Shown here piece by piece: positions 20,868 through 29,918 of a stretch of 64,000 bases of DNA. The DNA is taken from positions 96,001 through 160,000 of the forward strand of contig MTLP01000042.1 of assembly GCA_002009975.1 (NCBI GenBank), read 5' to 3'. The DNA comes from Thermococcus sp. JdFR-02 (GTDB taxonomy: Archaea > Methanobacteriota_B > Thermococci > Thermococcales > Thermococcaceae). A model generated the notes under the pieces. It ran no database searches. It had not been told where the DNA came from and was given only the letters and a program-made list of their open reading frames with translations. How positions within the stretch are numbered: position 1 is the stretch's first letter; every line of letters starts with the position of its first letter. The position numbers were made by a program, and so were the translations under genes.

Positions 20868-21584
20868 TTATTGAGTTTGAGCACGTATAACCCTCCAAAG
20901 CTCCTCAATTTGAGAAATAGCTTCAACTTCTTTACCTTCTAAACTCTCGTAAATAAGTCTTTGACTAAATGGAATAACAATATCAGGATTTATATTGATT
21001 TTCTCTAAAATATCTGGCAGAGCTTTGTTCAAAACTAACACATGCTTTAGGTTTGCTTTCTTAGAGAATTCTTCAATCTTTTTTGAAAGCTCCAAAGATT
21101 CTAAGCTTGGTTCTGCAACGTTTACTATAACATCAACTTCCAAATCTATTCCTCTTCCAAAATGCTCTATTCCCGCTTCTGTGTCAACTAAAACTACTTC
21201 TCCGTTTCTCACTTTTAGCCCTCTTAAAAACTCTTTAGCCAAAACGCCGTAGGGACATGCACAGCCTTCACCAACGTTCTCAATTTTTCCTATAGACATA
21301 ACAGCTAAGTTTCCCTGTCTTGAAAGGACTTCCTCAGGAATATCGTTAAAGTTCCACGAAAAGTTCAAGCCTTCATTCATACGAGATTTTAGGACTTTCT
21401 TTCCTCCCAAATACTCAGTTAATGTTTTAGCTTTTTTCAAGCCTAGCATTCTGTAAAGTCCGGGGTTTGATTCATCAGCATCAACTATCAAAACTCTAGA
21501 TCTCTTATTTGAAAGATATTTTCCAAGCATTGCAGTTATCGTGCTTTTTCCACAACCACCTTTTCCACACACGAGAACTTTCAT
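20868..21584 (-). CDS. CooC/AcsF-like nickel-insertion P-loop ATPase
   Basis: GKGGCGKST, DADES, GCACP metal motif, DTEAGIEHFGRG. Confidence 0.85.
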   Translation of the reverse strand: MKVLVCGKGGCGKSTITAMLGKYLSNKRSRVLIVDADESNPGLYRMLGLKKAKTLTEYLGGKKVLKSRMNEGLNFSWNFNDIPEEVLSRQGNLAVMSIGKIENVGEGCACPYGVLAKEFLRGLKVRNGEVVLVDTEAGIEHFGRGIDLEVDVIVNVAEPSLESLELSKKIEEFSKKANLKHVLVLNKALPDILEKININPDIVIPFSQRLIYESLEGKEVEAISQIEELWRVIRAQTQ

Positions 21585-21676
21585 TTGGTATCACCCAATT
21601 TAGAGATAGTAATATCAATTAAAAAAGTTCTGCATTAAGGTATTATCAATAAAGTTTCAATGACTTTTGGTTTTAA

Positions 21677-21690
21677 TGTGCATATGCACA
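21677..21690. promoter_or_regulatory. perfect 14-bp palindrome, candidate operator
   Basis: TGTGCATATGCACA directly upstream of BRE/TATA-like AAGTTTATAT in a divergent intergenic region. Confidence 0.6.
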
Positions 21691-21733
21691 AAGTTTATAT
21701 GAAAAGGTTCTCATATTCTGGTTGGTGATTTAA

Positions 21734-22108
21734 ATGAGAATAGCTATCCCATCAAAAGACAACAAGGGTTTAGAAAGTGAAGTCTGTGAGCATTTTGGAA
21801 GAGCTAAATATTTCACATTCGTTGACATCGAGAATGGTAAGATTAAGAGCATTGAAGTTGTTGAAGTTCCTTTTGAAGAACATAACCCTGGAGATCTGCC
21901 AAACTTCATAAGAGAGCACAACGGAGAATTGGTTTTAGCCTATGGAATGGGAAGAAGGGCAATGGTCTACTTTGAGAGTCTTGGCACTCAAGTAATTACT
22001 GGGGCTTATGGGAAAATTAAGGATGTAGTTGAAGATTTTATAAATCAAAGCTTGAAGATTGATAGGGATTGGAGGAAAAAAGGAGATTTTGGAAAGCATG
22101 AGCACTGA
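21734..22108 (+). CDS. NifB/NifX family (FeMo-cofactor-binding-like) protein
   Basis: MRIAIP, HFGRA..F, GMG.RA motifs. Confidence 0.88.
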   Translation: MRIAIPSKDNKGLESEVCEHFGRAKYFTFVDIENGKIKSIEVVEVPFEEHNPGDLPNFIREHNGELVLAYGMGRRAMVYFESLGTQVITGAYGKIKDVVEDFINQSLKIDRDWRKKGDFGKHEH

Positions 22109-22204
22109 TTTTTTTGTATGTTATAAAAGAACTAAAGTTACTGCGACAGATATATGAAAATCTTTTTATATGATACTTTTTTCATATTTAATTCGGTGAC
22201 AAAG

Positions 22205-22603
22205 ATGGGCAATATTGAAGCACCTATAATTGGAAAGGATGCTTTGGGAAGAAAAGTTGAAGATTTAAGTGTAGTTTCTTGGTGGGGAATAGACAGAAAA
22301 GAAATTGAGTGGTATCCAAAGATTGAGTACAATAAATGCTCTAGCTGTGGTCTGTGCTTCGTAACCTGTGGAAGAAGGGTCTTTGATTGGGATATCGAAA
22401 GTGTAAAGCCAATAGTTGCTCATCCATACAACTGTATGGTTGGATGCAACACTTGTGCAATGCTTTGTCCATGTGAGGCTATTAAATTTCCAGATAAAAG
22501 CTATCTAAGAAAAGTGACTACTAAAGCAAGAGTAGTTAAGAAGGCTTTGGCAATAGTTAATTCCATAGTATTAAACAGTGAAAAAGAAAAATCAAAGACC
22601 TAA
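22205..22603 (+). CDS. 2[4Fe-4S] ferredoxin-family protein
   Basis: CSSCGLCFVTC and CMVGCNTCAMLCP; ATG after GGTGA SD. Confidence 0.88.
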   Translation: MGNIEAPIIGKDALGRKVEDLSVVSWWGIDRKEIEWYPKIEYNKCSSCGLCFVTCGRRVFDWDIESVKPIVAHPYNCMVGCNTCAMLCPCEAIKFPDKSYLRKVTTKARVVKKALAIVNSIVLNSEKEKSKT

Positions 22604-22912
22604 AAGCTTTTTTAACTTTTCTTCTACCTCTTCCTTTCTTCGCACCAAATTTTGTCTCCCGACTTCCTTACCTTTTCTCAAATAGACAAGCGTTGGCACA
22701 TTTAAGATATCAAAGCTCTGAGCAACCATTAAGTGCTTATTTATGTCAACTTCCCAAAACTTTACGTGTCCATACTCTTCACTCAACTCTTTCATGAAAG
22801 GCTCAATCATTCTACAAGGAGGGCAACCAGGAGAAGAAAACCAGAGAAGGGCATATTTTGCCCTCTTAATTCTCCCAAAGTCACCATCAAATTCTTTTAT
22901 CATCACTCTCAC
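22592..22912 (-). CDS. thioredoxin
   Basis: FSSPGCPPCR, NVPT cis-Pro; immediately downstream of copA. Confidence 0.88.
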   Translation of the reverse strand: MRVMIKEFDGDFGRIKRAKYALLWFSSPGCPPCRMIEPFMKELSEEYGHVKFWEVDINKHLMVAQSFDILNVPTLVYLRKGKEVGRQNLVRRKEEVEEKLKKLLGL

Positions 22913-22913
22913 C

Positions 22914-25322
22914 TCAAATCCTAGCTTTCTTCAAAACTAACGAATTTGTAACCACACTAACACTACTCAATGACATTGCTCCAGCAGCCCATTCTGGTCT
23001 AAACTGTATCCCAAAGAGGACATAAGCTAAGCCAGCCGCTATTGGTATTAAGATTATGTTGTAAATCATAGCCCAGAAGAAGTTTTGCTTAATTTTTGAG
23101 AGCGTCTTTTGGCTGAGCTTTATTGCCTTAACCACATCTCTTAAGTCATTCTTCATGAGCACTATTTCACCGCTTTCCATTGCAATATCTGTGCCCGATG
23201 ACACGGCTATACCTATGTCTGCTTGGGCTAAAGCAGGTGCGTCGTTTATACCGTCTCCCACAAAGATAACTACTTCTCCCTTTTCTTGAAGCTTCTTCAC
23301 TTCGTTAGCCTTATCTTGAGGCAAAACCTCTGCTAGGACATAGTCTATATCAAGTTGCCTTGCTATTGCATTTGCAGTTCTTCTGTTATCTCCTGTGATC
23401 ATTCCAACTTTCTTACCCATCTTGTGAAGCTCTTCTATCGCTTCTTTTGCATGCTCTTTTATTGTATCTGCAATCCCAATAACGCCCACTATTCTGCCAT
23501 CAATTGCAACTATTATTGCTGTTTTTGCCTCATCTTCAAGCTTATGAAGAGCTTTTTCTACACTTTCTTCAATTGCGTAGCCGTTTTCTTTGAATAATTT
23601 CCTGTTTCCTGCTAAAATCTCTTTTTCATCTACTACTGCCCTCACACCTTTTCCTGTTATTGCCTCAAAGCTTTTCGGCTCTTTAATCTCTAAGCCAAGC
23701 TCTTGGGCTTTTCTAACTATTGCCTCTCCCAATGGATGCTCTGAACGCTTCTCTGCTGAAGCTACTAAGCTTAAAAGTTCTTTCTCATCCATGCCAAAAG
23801 GTATTATATCAGTAACCTCTGGCTTTCCTTTTGTTAGTGTTCCCGTTTTATCAAAGAGCACCACAGTAGCTTTCCTCGCTATCTCAAGCACTTCACCGTT
23901 CTTAATTAAAATTCCCATTTCAGCACCTTTGCCCATTCCAACAGTTAAAGCCGTTGGAGTTGCTAGACCAAATGCACATGGACAGGCTATTACTAAAACG
24001 CTGATTAGTGTTGTAAATGCAAAAATCAAAGGCTGCTTCGCTATAAAACCCCAATATACAAAGGATGCAAGGGCAATTGTTAGAACTATTGGAATGAAAT
24101 ATGTGACTACTTTATCGGCTATTCTTTGAATGGGTGGTCTTGTGTTTTGTGCTTCCTCTACAAGCTTGATAATTTGGGCTAAAACAGTATCTCCACCAAC
24201 TCTTTTTGCCTCAATTTTCAAAACTGAGTTTTTGTTGATCGTTCCACCAATTACCTCATCTCCTTTCTTCTTCAAGTTTGGAATTGGCTCCCCAGTTATC
24301 ATGGACTCATCGACATAGCTTTCCCCTTCAATTACAACGCCATCAACTGGAACTTTTTCTCCGGGTTTCACTATTACAGTATCTCCAACTTTAACCTGCG
24401 TTATTGGAACCTCGATTTCCCTCCCATCTCTAATTACAGTAGCTTTTTTAGCTTGAAGTCCCATTAGCTTTTTAATTGCCTCGCTTGTCCTTCCTTTTGC
24501 AACATGTTCCAAATATCTTCCAAGGAGAAGGAAGGCTAACAATAGCACACTTGCTTCGTAAAAGTTGTACTCCTTGGGCAAAATTCCAATTGTTGCTAAA
24601 ACACTGGCTATATAAGCTGAACCCACACCCATTGAATACATTACATCCATGTTGAGCGTTTTGTGTCTTAATGCTCTTATAGCGGCTAAGAACATCCCCT
24701 TCCCAGAATAAGCAATAACTGGCGTTGCTAATGCAAGCTGTATCCACAGCATATATGGAATCTCAAAATCAAATCCAAAAAGCCATCTATAAGTCATTAA
24801 GGTTATTATTCCTCCGAATGTCCAAGCAACGATAAGTTTTTTCTTCATGTCTCTTAGATAATTCTCCCTCGCTTCCTTTTCTATGTCTATGCTCTCTTCC
24901 CCCTCGACCCCTAAAAACTTATATCCAAACTCTTCTATTGTTTTTTGAATATCGTCCATGCTAATTAATGTTGGATCATAACTAACTGTAGCTTTCTCAG
25001 TTGCAAGATTAACTTTAACATCCAGAACTCCTGGAAGTTCCTTCAACGCCATTTCTATTGTTTTCACACATGATGCACAACTCATGCCGCCAATTTTAAT
25101 TATTGCATTCCTCTTTTCCCTAACAACACCGTAACCAACACTTTCTATCGCCCTAATTATTTGAGTTATACCCACTTTTGATTCATCAAATTTAATATAT
25201 GCACTTTCTGTTGCTAGATTAACTTTTGCCTCTTTTACACCATCCAAATCTTTAAGTGCCATTTCTATGGTTTTAGCACACGATGCACAACTCATTCCAG
25301 TAATCTTAATATTCATCTCCAT
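22914..25322 (-). CDS. copA: Cu(I)-exporting P1B-1 ATPase
   Basis: Two GMSCASC HMA domains, TGEP, CPC, DKTGT, HP, GDGINDAP, YN, MSLSS. Confidence 0.96.
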   Translation of the reverse strand: MEMNIKITGMSCASCAKTIEMALKDLDGVKEAKVNLATESAYIKFDESKVGITQIIRAIESVGYGVVREKRNAIIKIGGMSCASCVKTIEMALKELPGVLDVKVNLATEKATVSYDPTLISMDDIQKTIEEFGYKFLGVEGEESIDIEKEARENYLRDMKKKLIVAWTFGGIITLMTYRWLFGFDFEIPYMLWIQLALATPVIAYSGKGMFLAAIRALRHKTLNMDVMYSMGVGSAYIASVLATIGILPKEYNFYEASVLLLAFLLLGRYLEHVAKGRTSEAIKKLMGLQAKKATVIRDGREIEVPITQVKVGDTVIVKPGEKVPVDGVVIEGESYVDESMITGEPIPNLKKKGDEVIGGTINKNSVLKIEAKRVGGDTVLAQIIKLVEEAQNTRPPIQRIADKVVTYFIPIVLTIALASFVYWGFIAKQPLIFAFTTLISVLVIACPCAFGLATPTALTVGMGKGAEMGILIKNGEVLEIARKATVVLFDKTGTLTKGKPEVTDIIPFGMDEKELLSLVASAEKRSEHPLGEAIVRKAQELGLEIKEPKSFEAITGKGVRAVVDEKEILAGNRKLFKENGYAIEESVEKALHKLEDEAKTAIIVAIDGRIVGVIGIADTIKEHAKEAIEELHKMGKKVGMITGDNRRTANAIARQLDIDYVLAEVLPQDKANEVKKLQEKGEVVIFVGDGINDAPALAQADIGIAVSSGTDIAMESGEIVLMKNDLRDVVKAIKLSQKTLSKIKQNFFWAMIYNIILIPIAAGLAYVLFGIQFRPEWAAGAMSLSSVSVVTNSLVLKKARI

Positions 25323-25375
25323 GAGGATCCACCTCCAATTGATATTCTATTAAGAAGGATTATTGAAGTTATTTT

Positions 25376-25390
25376 TTGACAAAGTGTAAA
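25376..25390. promoter_or_regulatory. CopR-type operator (TTNNCAnnnTGNNAA)
   Basis: TTGACAAAGTGTAAA between divergent copA and copR; the same motif recurs before other metal genes. Confidence 0.7.
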
Positions 25391-25448
25391 TATAGGCAGG
25401 AAAATTTTTATAGTTTGAAAACTCAATAGACCCCATGGAGGGTTTAAG

Positions 25449-26051
25449 ATGGTAAAGCTTGATGAAGTTGATCTAAAGCTGATCTATTTGCTGAGAGATA
25501 ACTCAAGACTTAGCATTTCCGAGTTGGCAGAACTTTTAGGTTTAAGTAGACCAACAGTAAAGTCTCGGTTAGAGAAGTTAGAAAAGGAGGGAATAATTCA
25601 AAAATATACTATAAAGCTCTCTCCAGAACTTGAGAGGGCAGAAAACATAGTAATAATGATTGTAAAAACTGAAGACCCCGAAAGTCTTGAAAACTTCAAC
25701 GAAATCATTGAGATTAACAAATTTACAAGCAAAAAGCACGTCATAAAAGTTGCTGTGGAAAACATGAAACAGCTCAGACAAGTCATTGAAGGAGCAGGGT
25801 TTGAAGTAATTGAAATAATGCCTGTCTTAGAGATGAGGGAGAGGGAGAGACCTATTAAGATAAGGGTTCCATTCAAGTGTGATTACTGTGGGAAAGAGAT
25901 TGTTGAAGAACCTATCGTTTATAAATACCGCAACAAAGTTTATTTCTTCTGCTGTGAGACTTGCTTTAGAGAGTTTAAAAAAGCGAGGGAGAATATAGAG
26001 AAATTCAAACTATCTGAAGGACAAAAGGTAGAGGAGGCTCACAAGCACTAA
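25449..26051 (+). CDS. copR: copper-sensing regulator CopR/CopT (Lrp-type HTH + TRASH domain)
   Basis: N-terminal Lrp-type HTH; C-terminal CDYCG...YFFCCETC TRASH motif and HKH tail; divergent from copA. Confidence 0.88.
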   Translation: MVKLDEVDLKLIYLLRDNSRLSISELAELLGLSRPTVKSRLEKLEKEGIIQKYTIKLSPELERAENIVIMIVKTEDPESLENFNEIIEINKFTSKKHVIKVAVENMKQLRQVIEGAGFEVIEIMPVLEMRERERPIKIRVPFKCDYCGKEIVEEPIVYKYRNKVYFFCCETCFREFKKARENIEKFKLSEGQKVEEAHKH

Positions 26052-26685
26052 TGCAACTCCCATAGCTAAGTCTCCCCTACCACTTATTTTTGAGAAGCTG
26101 TTTAGAGCATTTTCTATTTTTGGAATTTTCTTTCCATAGTGGAAACTAACGGTAATTAGCAGTAAAGGTGCGATGAATATCAAGTTGTAAAATGCTAAGA
26201 GAGAAATTTTAACTCCAAAGCTAAAACTTTGGGAAAGAATTGAGGTAATGAGCAAATAGGGCGGTAGAGTGCATATCAACGATAAAACGGACATAACAGC
26301 TCCAACTGCAAAAGCACTTAATGGAGATGTTGCTTTTTCCAAAATTTTGTTACTTTTTTCTTTGAATGGATTTGAAAGCCTAACTTCCAGTGTTCCGAGA
26401 GCTCTTAGAATTTTATAAATCCCGACAGACAAACTAAACGCCACCTGTGAAGGAAAGCCCTATTTTTAGAATTTTTTGCTCATCAATTAAGGCTATCATT
26501 GAGAGCAGGAAAATTATCATAATGAACATGATTGGTCTCAGGGAATTTAAAAGCCCAAAAACTATAAGAGAAACTATTAAGCCTTCAGAATTAAATTCCT
26601 CAAATCCAGAACCATAAACATTTGGAAAAAAGAGTAAAGCGATCAAAATTGTAATTATTAAACCTCTTAACTTCAAAAGCATCAC
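26010..26685 (-). pseudogene. CcdA/DsbD-like membrane protein split by a frameshift
   Basis: Two overlapping hydrophobic ORFs (26434-26685, 26010-26444) join into one protein with CTLPPY and YNLIFIAPL; break near 26435-26445. Confidence 0.65.
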
Positions 26686-26686
26686 C

Positions 26687-27040
26687 TCAATGTTCCATTG
26701 AAGGCTTACCTACGCGGAAAATTTCCACCGTTGAATTATCCTTCATACGTATATTGACTTTATCTCCTCTTGAGAGACATGGAACGTCAATTGGATGAGT
26801 ATAACGTACTTTTATTACCTCCTCATTAGCTTGTATTATAGCCGTACATGTAAGTGTTGTATAAGATTCATTTGGCACGCAATCTCTGTCTGCTAAAACC
26901 TTGGCACTTTCAGCATTTATTGGCTTTCCTTCAACCAAAGTGCCAATAAAAACATCTTGTCGCTCATTATTGTTTAGGGTTATAGAAAAAAGCAAAAAGA
27001 GGCTAGATAATACTATAAAAAGCAAGAAAAGCTTTTTCAT
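26687..27040 (-). CDS. secreted/membrane-anchored hypothetical protein with three Cys
   Basis: Signal/TM, DRDC, LTCTA, YTH..VPCL, C-terminal MEH. Confidence 0.7.
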   Translation of the reverse strand: MKKLFLLFIVLSSLFLLFSITLNNNERQDVFIGTLVEGKPINAESAKVLADRDCVPNESYTTLTCTAIIQANEEVIKVRYTHPIDVPCLSRGDKVNIRMKDNSTVEIFRVGKPSMEH

Positions 27041-27072
27041 CTCATCACCTCATAAAAATAAAAAATTAAAGA

Positions 27073-27393
27073 TCATTCTTCATCTTCTTCAAAGCCCATC
27101 ATTCTTTCGCAATACTCGTGCATTTCCTTCCAGCCTTCGCCCATGTGCTCTTCCATCTCTTTTTCCATTTCTTCGTGCATTTCTGCAAAGTCTCCACTTT
27201 CCATAAATGCTTCCATTTCCTCATGCATGTCTTCATTCATCATTCCATGACCCATCATTCCACCGTGCATTCCCCAAACGGGCATTCTGAAACTTTTTTC
27301 ATAGTTATAGTTAAATCCCGAGTGAGCTAAGCCTATTGGAATTGCGATGAGCGCTCCAAGTAAAAATCCAACTAATATTGACTTCCACTCCAT
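27073..27393 (-). CDS. Met/His-rich exported protein, putative copper binding
   Basis: Signal peptide then GMHGGMMGHGMM and repeated MHEEME / MEEHM / MHEYC. Confidence 0.75.
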   Translation of the reverse strand: MEWKSILVGFLLGALIAIPIGLAHSGFNYNYEKSFRMPVWGMHGGMMGHGMMNEDMHEEMEAFMESGDFAEMHEEMEKEMEEHMGEGWKEMHEYCERMMGFEEDEE

Positions 27394-27456
27394 CTTTATC
27401 ACCTTCTTTTGTTGTTCTATCTATATACTTTGAGCTAAATGCTAATAGGCTTATTA

Positions 27457-27471
27457 TTTTCAATATGAAAA
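27457..27471. promoter_or_regulatory. CopR-type operator
   Basis: TTTTCAATATGAAAA, next to an 18-bp element also present at 43023-43040. Confidence 0.65.
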
Positions 27472-27549
27472 AGTCATACATTTTGATTTGCCGAAGTGTA
27501 AGAACAAAATTAATTTAAAGTTTCCATATAGTTAAGTTCAGTGAGAAAG

Positions 27550-28158
27550 ATGTCCAAAACGGCTAAAAAGTATGATAGATTTTCGAAGATTTATGACCTT
27601 TTTGAAAGTCCAATGGAGATGAGAGCTTTTTCAAAGTACAGAAAGAAAGCGTTAAGCTTAGCTAGGGGTAAAGTCCTTGAAGTAGGTGTCGGGACTGGCA
27701 AAAATTTCCCCTATTATCCAAAAGATGTTGAAGTAATTGGGATAGACTTCAGCAAAGGAATGCTTGAAAAAGCTGAAAAAAGAAAGAAGGAGCTCGGTTT
27801 AGAAAATGTTAAGCTTCTCCTGATGGATGTACAAAACTTGGAGTTTGAGGACAATACTTTTGACACCGTTGTTAGCACCTTTGTGTTCTGCACAGTGCCT
27901 GATCCAATTAAAGGGCTAAAAGAGGTTTATAGGGTTTTAAAACCGGGAGGAAAGGCGATATTTTTGGAGCATATGAAAAGTGAATCAAAGCTTTTGAACA
28001 TTCCACTCTACCTAATGGACCCGATAATGAGAGCACTGGTGGGCACTTCAATGGTGAGGGAAACACAGAAGAACATTGGAAAAGCTGGCTTTAGGATAGA
28101 AAAGGTTGAAAATCTCTTTTTTGACATTGTGAGGTTCATAATTGCTACAAAAGATTAA
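27550..28158 (+). CDS. class I SAM-dependent methyltransferase
   Basis: VLEVGVGTG, IDFS..ML, FDTVV, LKPGG. Confidence 0.9.
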   Translation: MSKTAKKYDRFSKIYDLFESPMEMRAFSKYRKKALSLARGKVLEVGVGTGKNFPYYPKDVEVIGIDFSKGMLEKAEKRKKELGLENVKLLLMDVQNLEFEDNTFDTVVSTFVFCTVPDPIKGLKEVYRVLKPGGKAIFLEHMKSESKLLNIPLYLMDPIMRALVGTSMVRETQKNIGKAGFRIEKVENLFFDIVRFIIATKD

Positions 28159-28160
28159 CA

Positions 28161-28721
28161 CTATCTCCTATCGTTGAATCCTCTGAAATAGACTGTTGCT
28201 GGACAGCCTTTGCATCTCTTTTCATAGAGGTAACAGTCTCTACAAATCTTCCCGCATGGGGCTATTTCCTTCGTAGGAGAAATCTTAAGATCGATGAACT
28301 CTGGATAGGCTGGAGCCTCTCCAATGGACACATCCATACTTTTCACATTTTTAAGAGGTCTTATTGTGTTCTCTATTGTTGCTTCCAAGAGAAAATTGCT
28401 CTCCGCTATTAGGGCTATATTAAGGTTGTACTTTCCTGTTGTTGGTGCTACAAAGATTGTCCTGGGACATTTAGCGAAGATGTCTGCAAGTTTAATCGCT
28501 TCCTCCATACTCTCGACCTGCAAATTTACAACAGCACATTTAAAACCCCTCTCCTTTATGTTGAGGAGAGCTTTTATCGTGATGTCCTTTCGCTTGATCA
28601 GCTTTTCAAGCCTTTCTTTGACAGATGGATGGCTCAAGCCAAGTTCTTTCGCTATTTCTGTGAGCTTTGCACGCCCGTTCTTTCTCAGTATTTGATAAAT
28701 TTTCAAGTCCCTTTCGTCCAT
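28161..28721 (-). CDS. Lrp/AsnC regulator with Cys-rich C-terminus
   Basis: HTH plus RAM domain; APCG..C.DC..Y..RCKGCP tail. Confidence 0.85.
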   Translation of the reverse strand: MDERDLKIYQILRKNGRAKLTEIAKELGLSHPSVKERLEKLIKRKDITIKALLNIKERGFKCAVVNLQVESMEEAIKLADIFAKCPRTIFVAPTTGKYNLNIALIAESNFLLEATIENTIRPLKNVKSMDVSIGEAPAYPEFIDLKISPTKEIAPCGKICRDCYLYEKRCKGCPATVYFRGFNDRR

Positions 28722-28727
28722 AACATC

Positions 28728-28744
28728 ACCTACATTTTGTAGGT
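28728..28744. promoter_or_regulatory. inverted repeat, probable operator of the adjacent Lrp regulator
   Basis: ACCTACA-TTT-TGTAGGT overlapping the regulator SD. Confidence 0.6.
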
Positions 28745-28813
28745 AATTACTTTAATTTTTGTGGAAAAATAATATAAATCTTTCTAAATACATACAAAAT
28801 TGAGGTGACTGCG

Positions 28814-29014
28814 ATGGAGAAAAATGAGGGAACAGTTGATAGAGTTGTAAGGACATTAGTAGGACTGGTCTTGCTTTCTCTTGGAGTCCTGAATATGGTG
28901 CCATACAAAACAGTAGTCCTTCTTATAGGACTTATAGCGATTGTCACGGGCTTAACCGGATTTTGCGCCATTTATAAACTTGTGGGCATAAATACCTGCA
29001 GAGGGCAATGTTGA
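28814..29014 (+). CDS. DUF2892/YgaP-type small membrane protein
   Basis: MEKNEG.VDR..R...G, two TM, TG..GFC..Y...GINTC. Confidence 0.85.
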   Translation: MEKNEGTVDRVVRTLVGLVLLSLGVLNMVPYKTVVLLIGLIAIVTGLTGFCAIYKLVGINTCRGQC

Positions 29015-29048
29015 TAGCAACTTGCCACGAAGCGCAAAGGGATGTACT

Positions 29049-29690
29049 ATGGAGAGGGAGTATAAGGCTCTAATCATCTCAGGAGAGCTTTTAATTTTTG
29101 TTACTCTACTTACTCTCTTGTCAGGATTTTTCACGACCAAGAACTTTTTAGTGGACAAATGGATAAGCTATTCCTCTGCCTACAGAATTCACACAATTAT
29201 ACTCCCAATAATCTTTATTCCCCTCCTTTACGTCCACTCCCTCGCAGGCATTTTGATAGCTACCGAGAGAGTAAGAGCTTTGAACAAAGGCATAATAAGG
29301 AAGACCATAATGGTAATCTGGACACTCATATTTATGGGGTTGCTAGTACTTTACTTTGCCCAACCTGAATCAATAAGCTCTGAAAATAACAGCAGGAGTA
29401 TTTTAGCTCAGACTGCATCTCCTATTACAAATACCGAAAAAGAGGGGATAATCTTAACTCTCAAAGAGGTGTCAAAACATAACCAATCAAATGATTGCTG
29501 GATCATCGTAGAAGACAAAATTTACAACGTAACTAGCTTTCTAAGTATTCACCCTGGAGGGAGTGATGCCATAATTCCTTATTGTGGAACAAATGCGACC
29601 GAGATATTTTTCAGCAAGCACGATCAGGGGGCGTATGAGACACTACAACAATACTACATCGGAAAAATTGGGAATGTGGTTGAAAGATAG
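29049..29690 (+). CDS. membrane protein with C-terminal cytochrome b5-like heme-binding domain
   Basis: Three TM segments then EVSKHN..NDCWII...IYNVT.FL..HPGG...ATEIF...H...YYIG. Confidence 0.88.
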   Translation: MEREYKALIISGELLIFVTLLTLLSGFFTTKNFLVDKWISYSSAYRIHTIILPIIFIPLLYVHSLAGILIATERVRALNKGIIRKTIMVIWTLIFMGLLVLYFAQPESISSENNSRSILAQTASPITNTEKEGIILTLKEVSKHNQSNDCWIIVEDKIYNVTSFLSIHPGGSDAIIPYCGTNATEIFFSKHDQGAYETLQQYYIGKIGNVVER

Positions 29691-29918
29691 TACTTAAAGC
29701 TTCCCTTCTCCAATTTTGAAGGTTTGTGTTTTGAACTTGCCTTATTATAAATTTTTGATGGACAAAATTGTATAAAAACTGGAAAAAGGTTAAAAACCTT
29801 TTATCTCAAACCTTTTGTTAAATAAATCCGAATTATTTTCGATTTTTCAAAAAGCAGTTTTGCCACAACCGAAAGATATATATGCATTTTTATTCATCTT
29901 TGAGTAGGTGAGGGCTAA

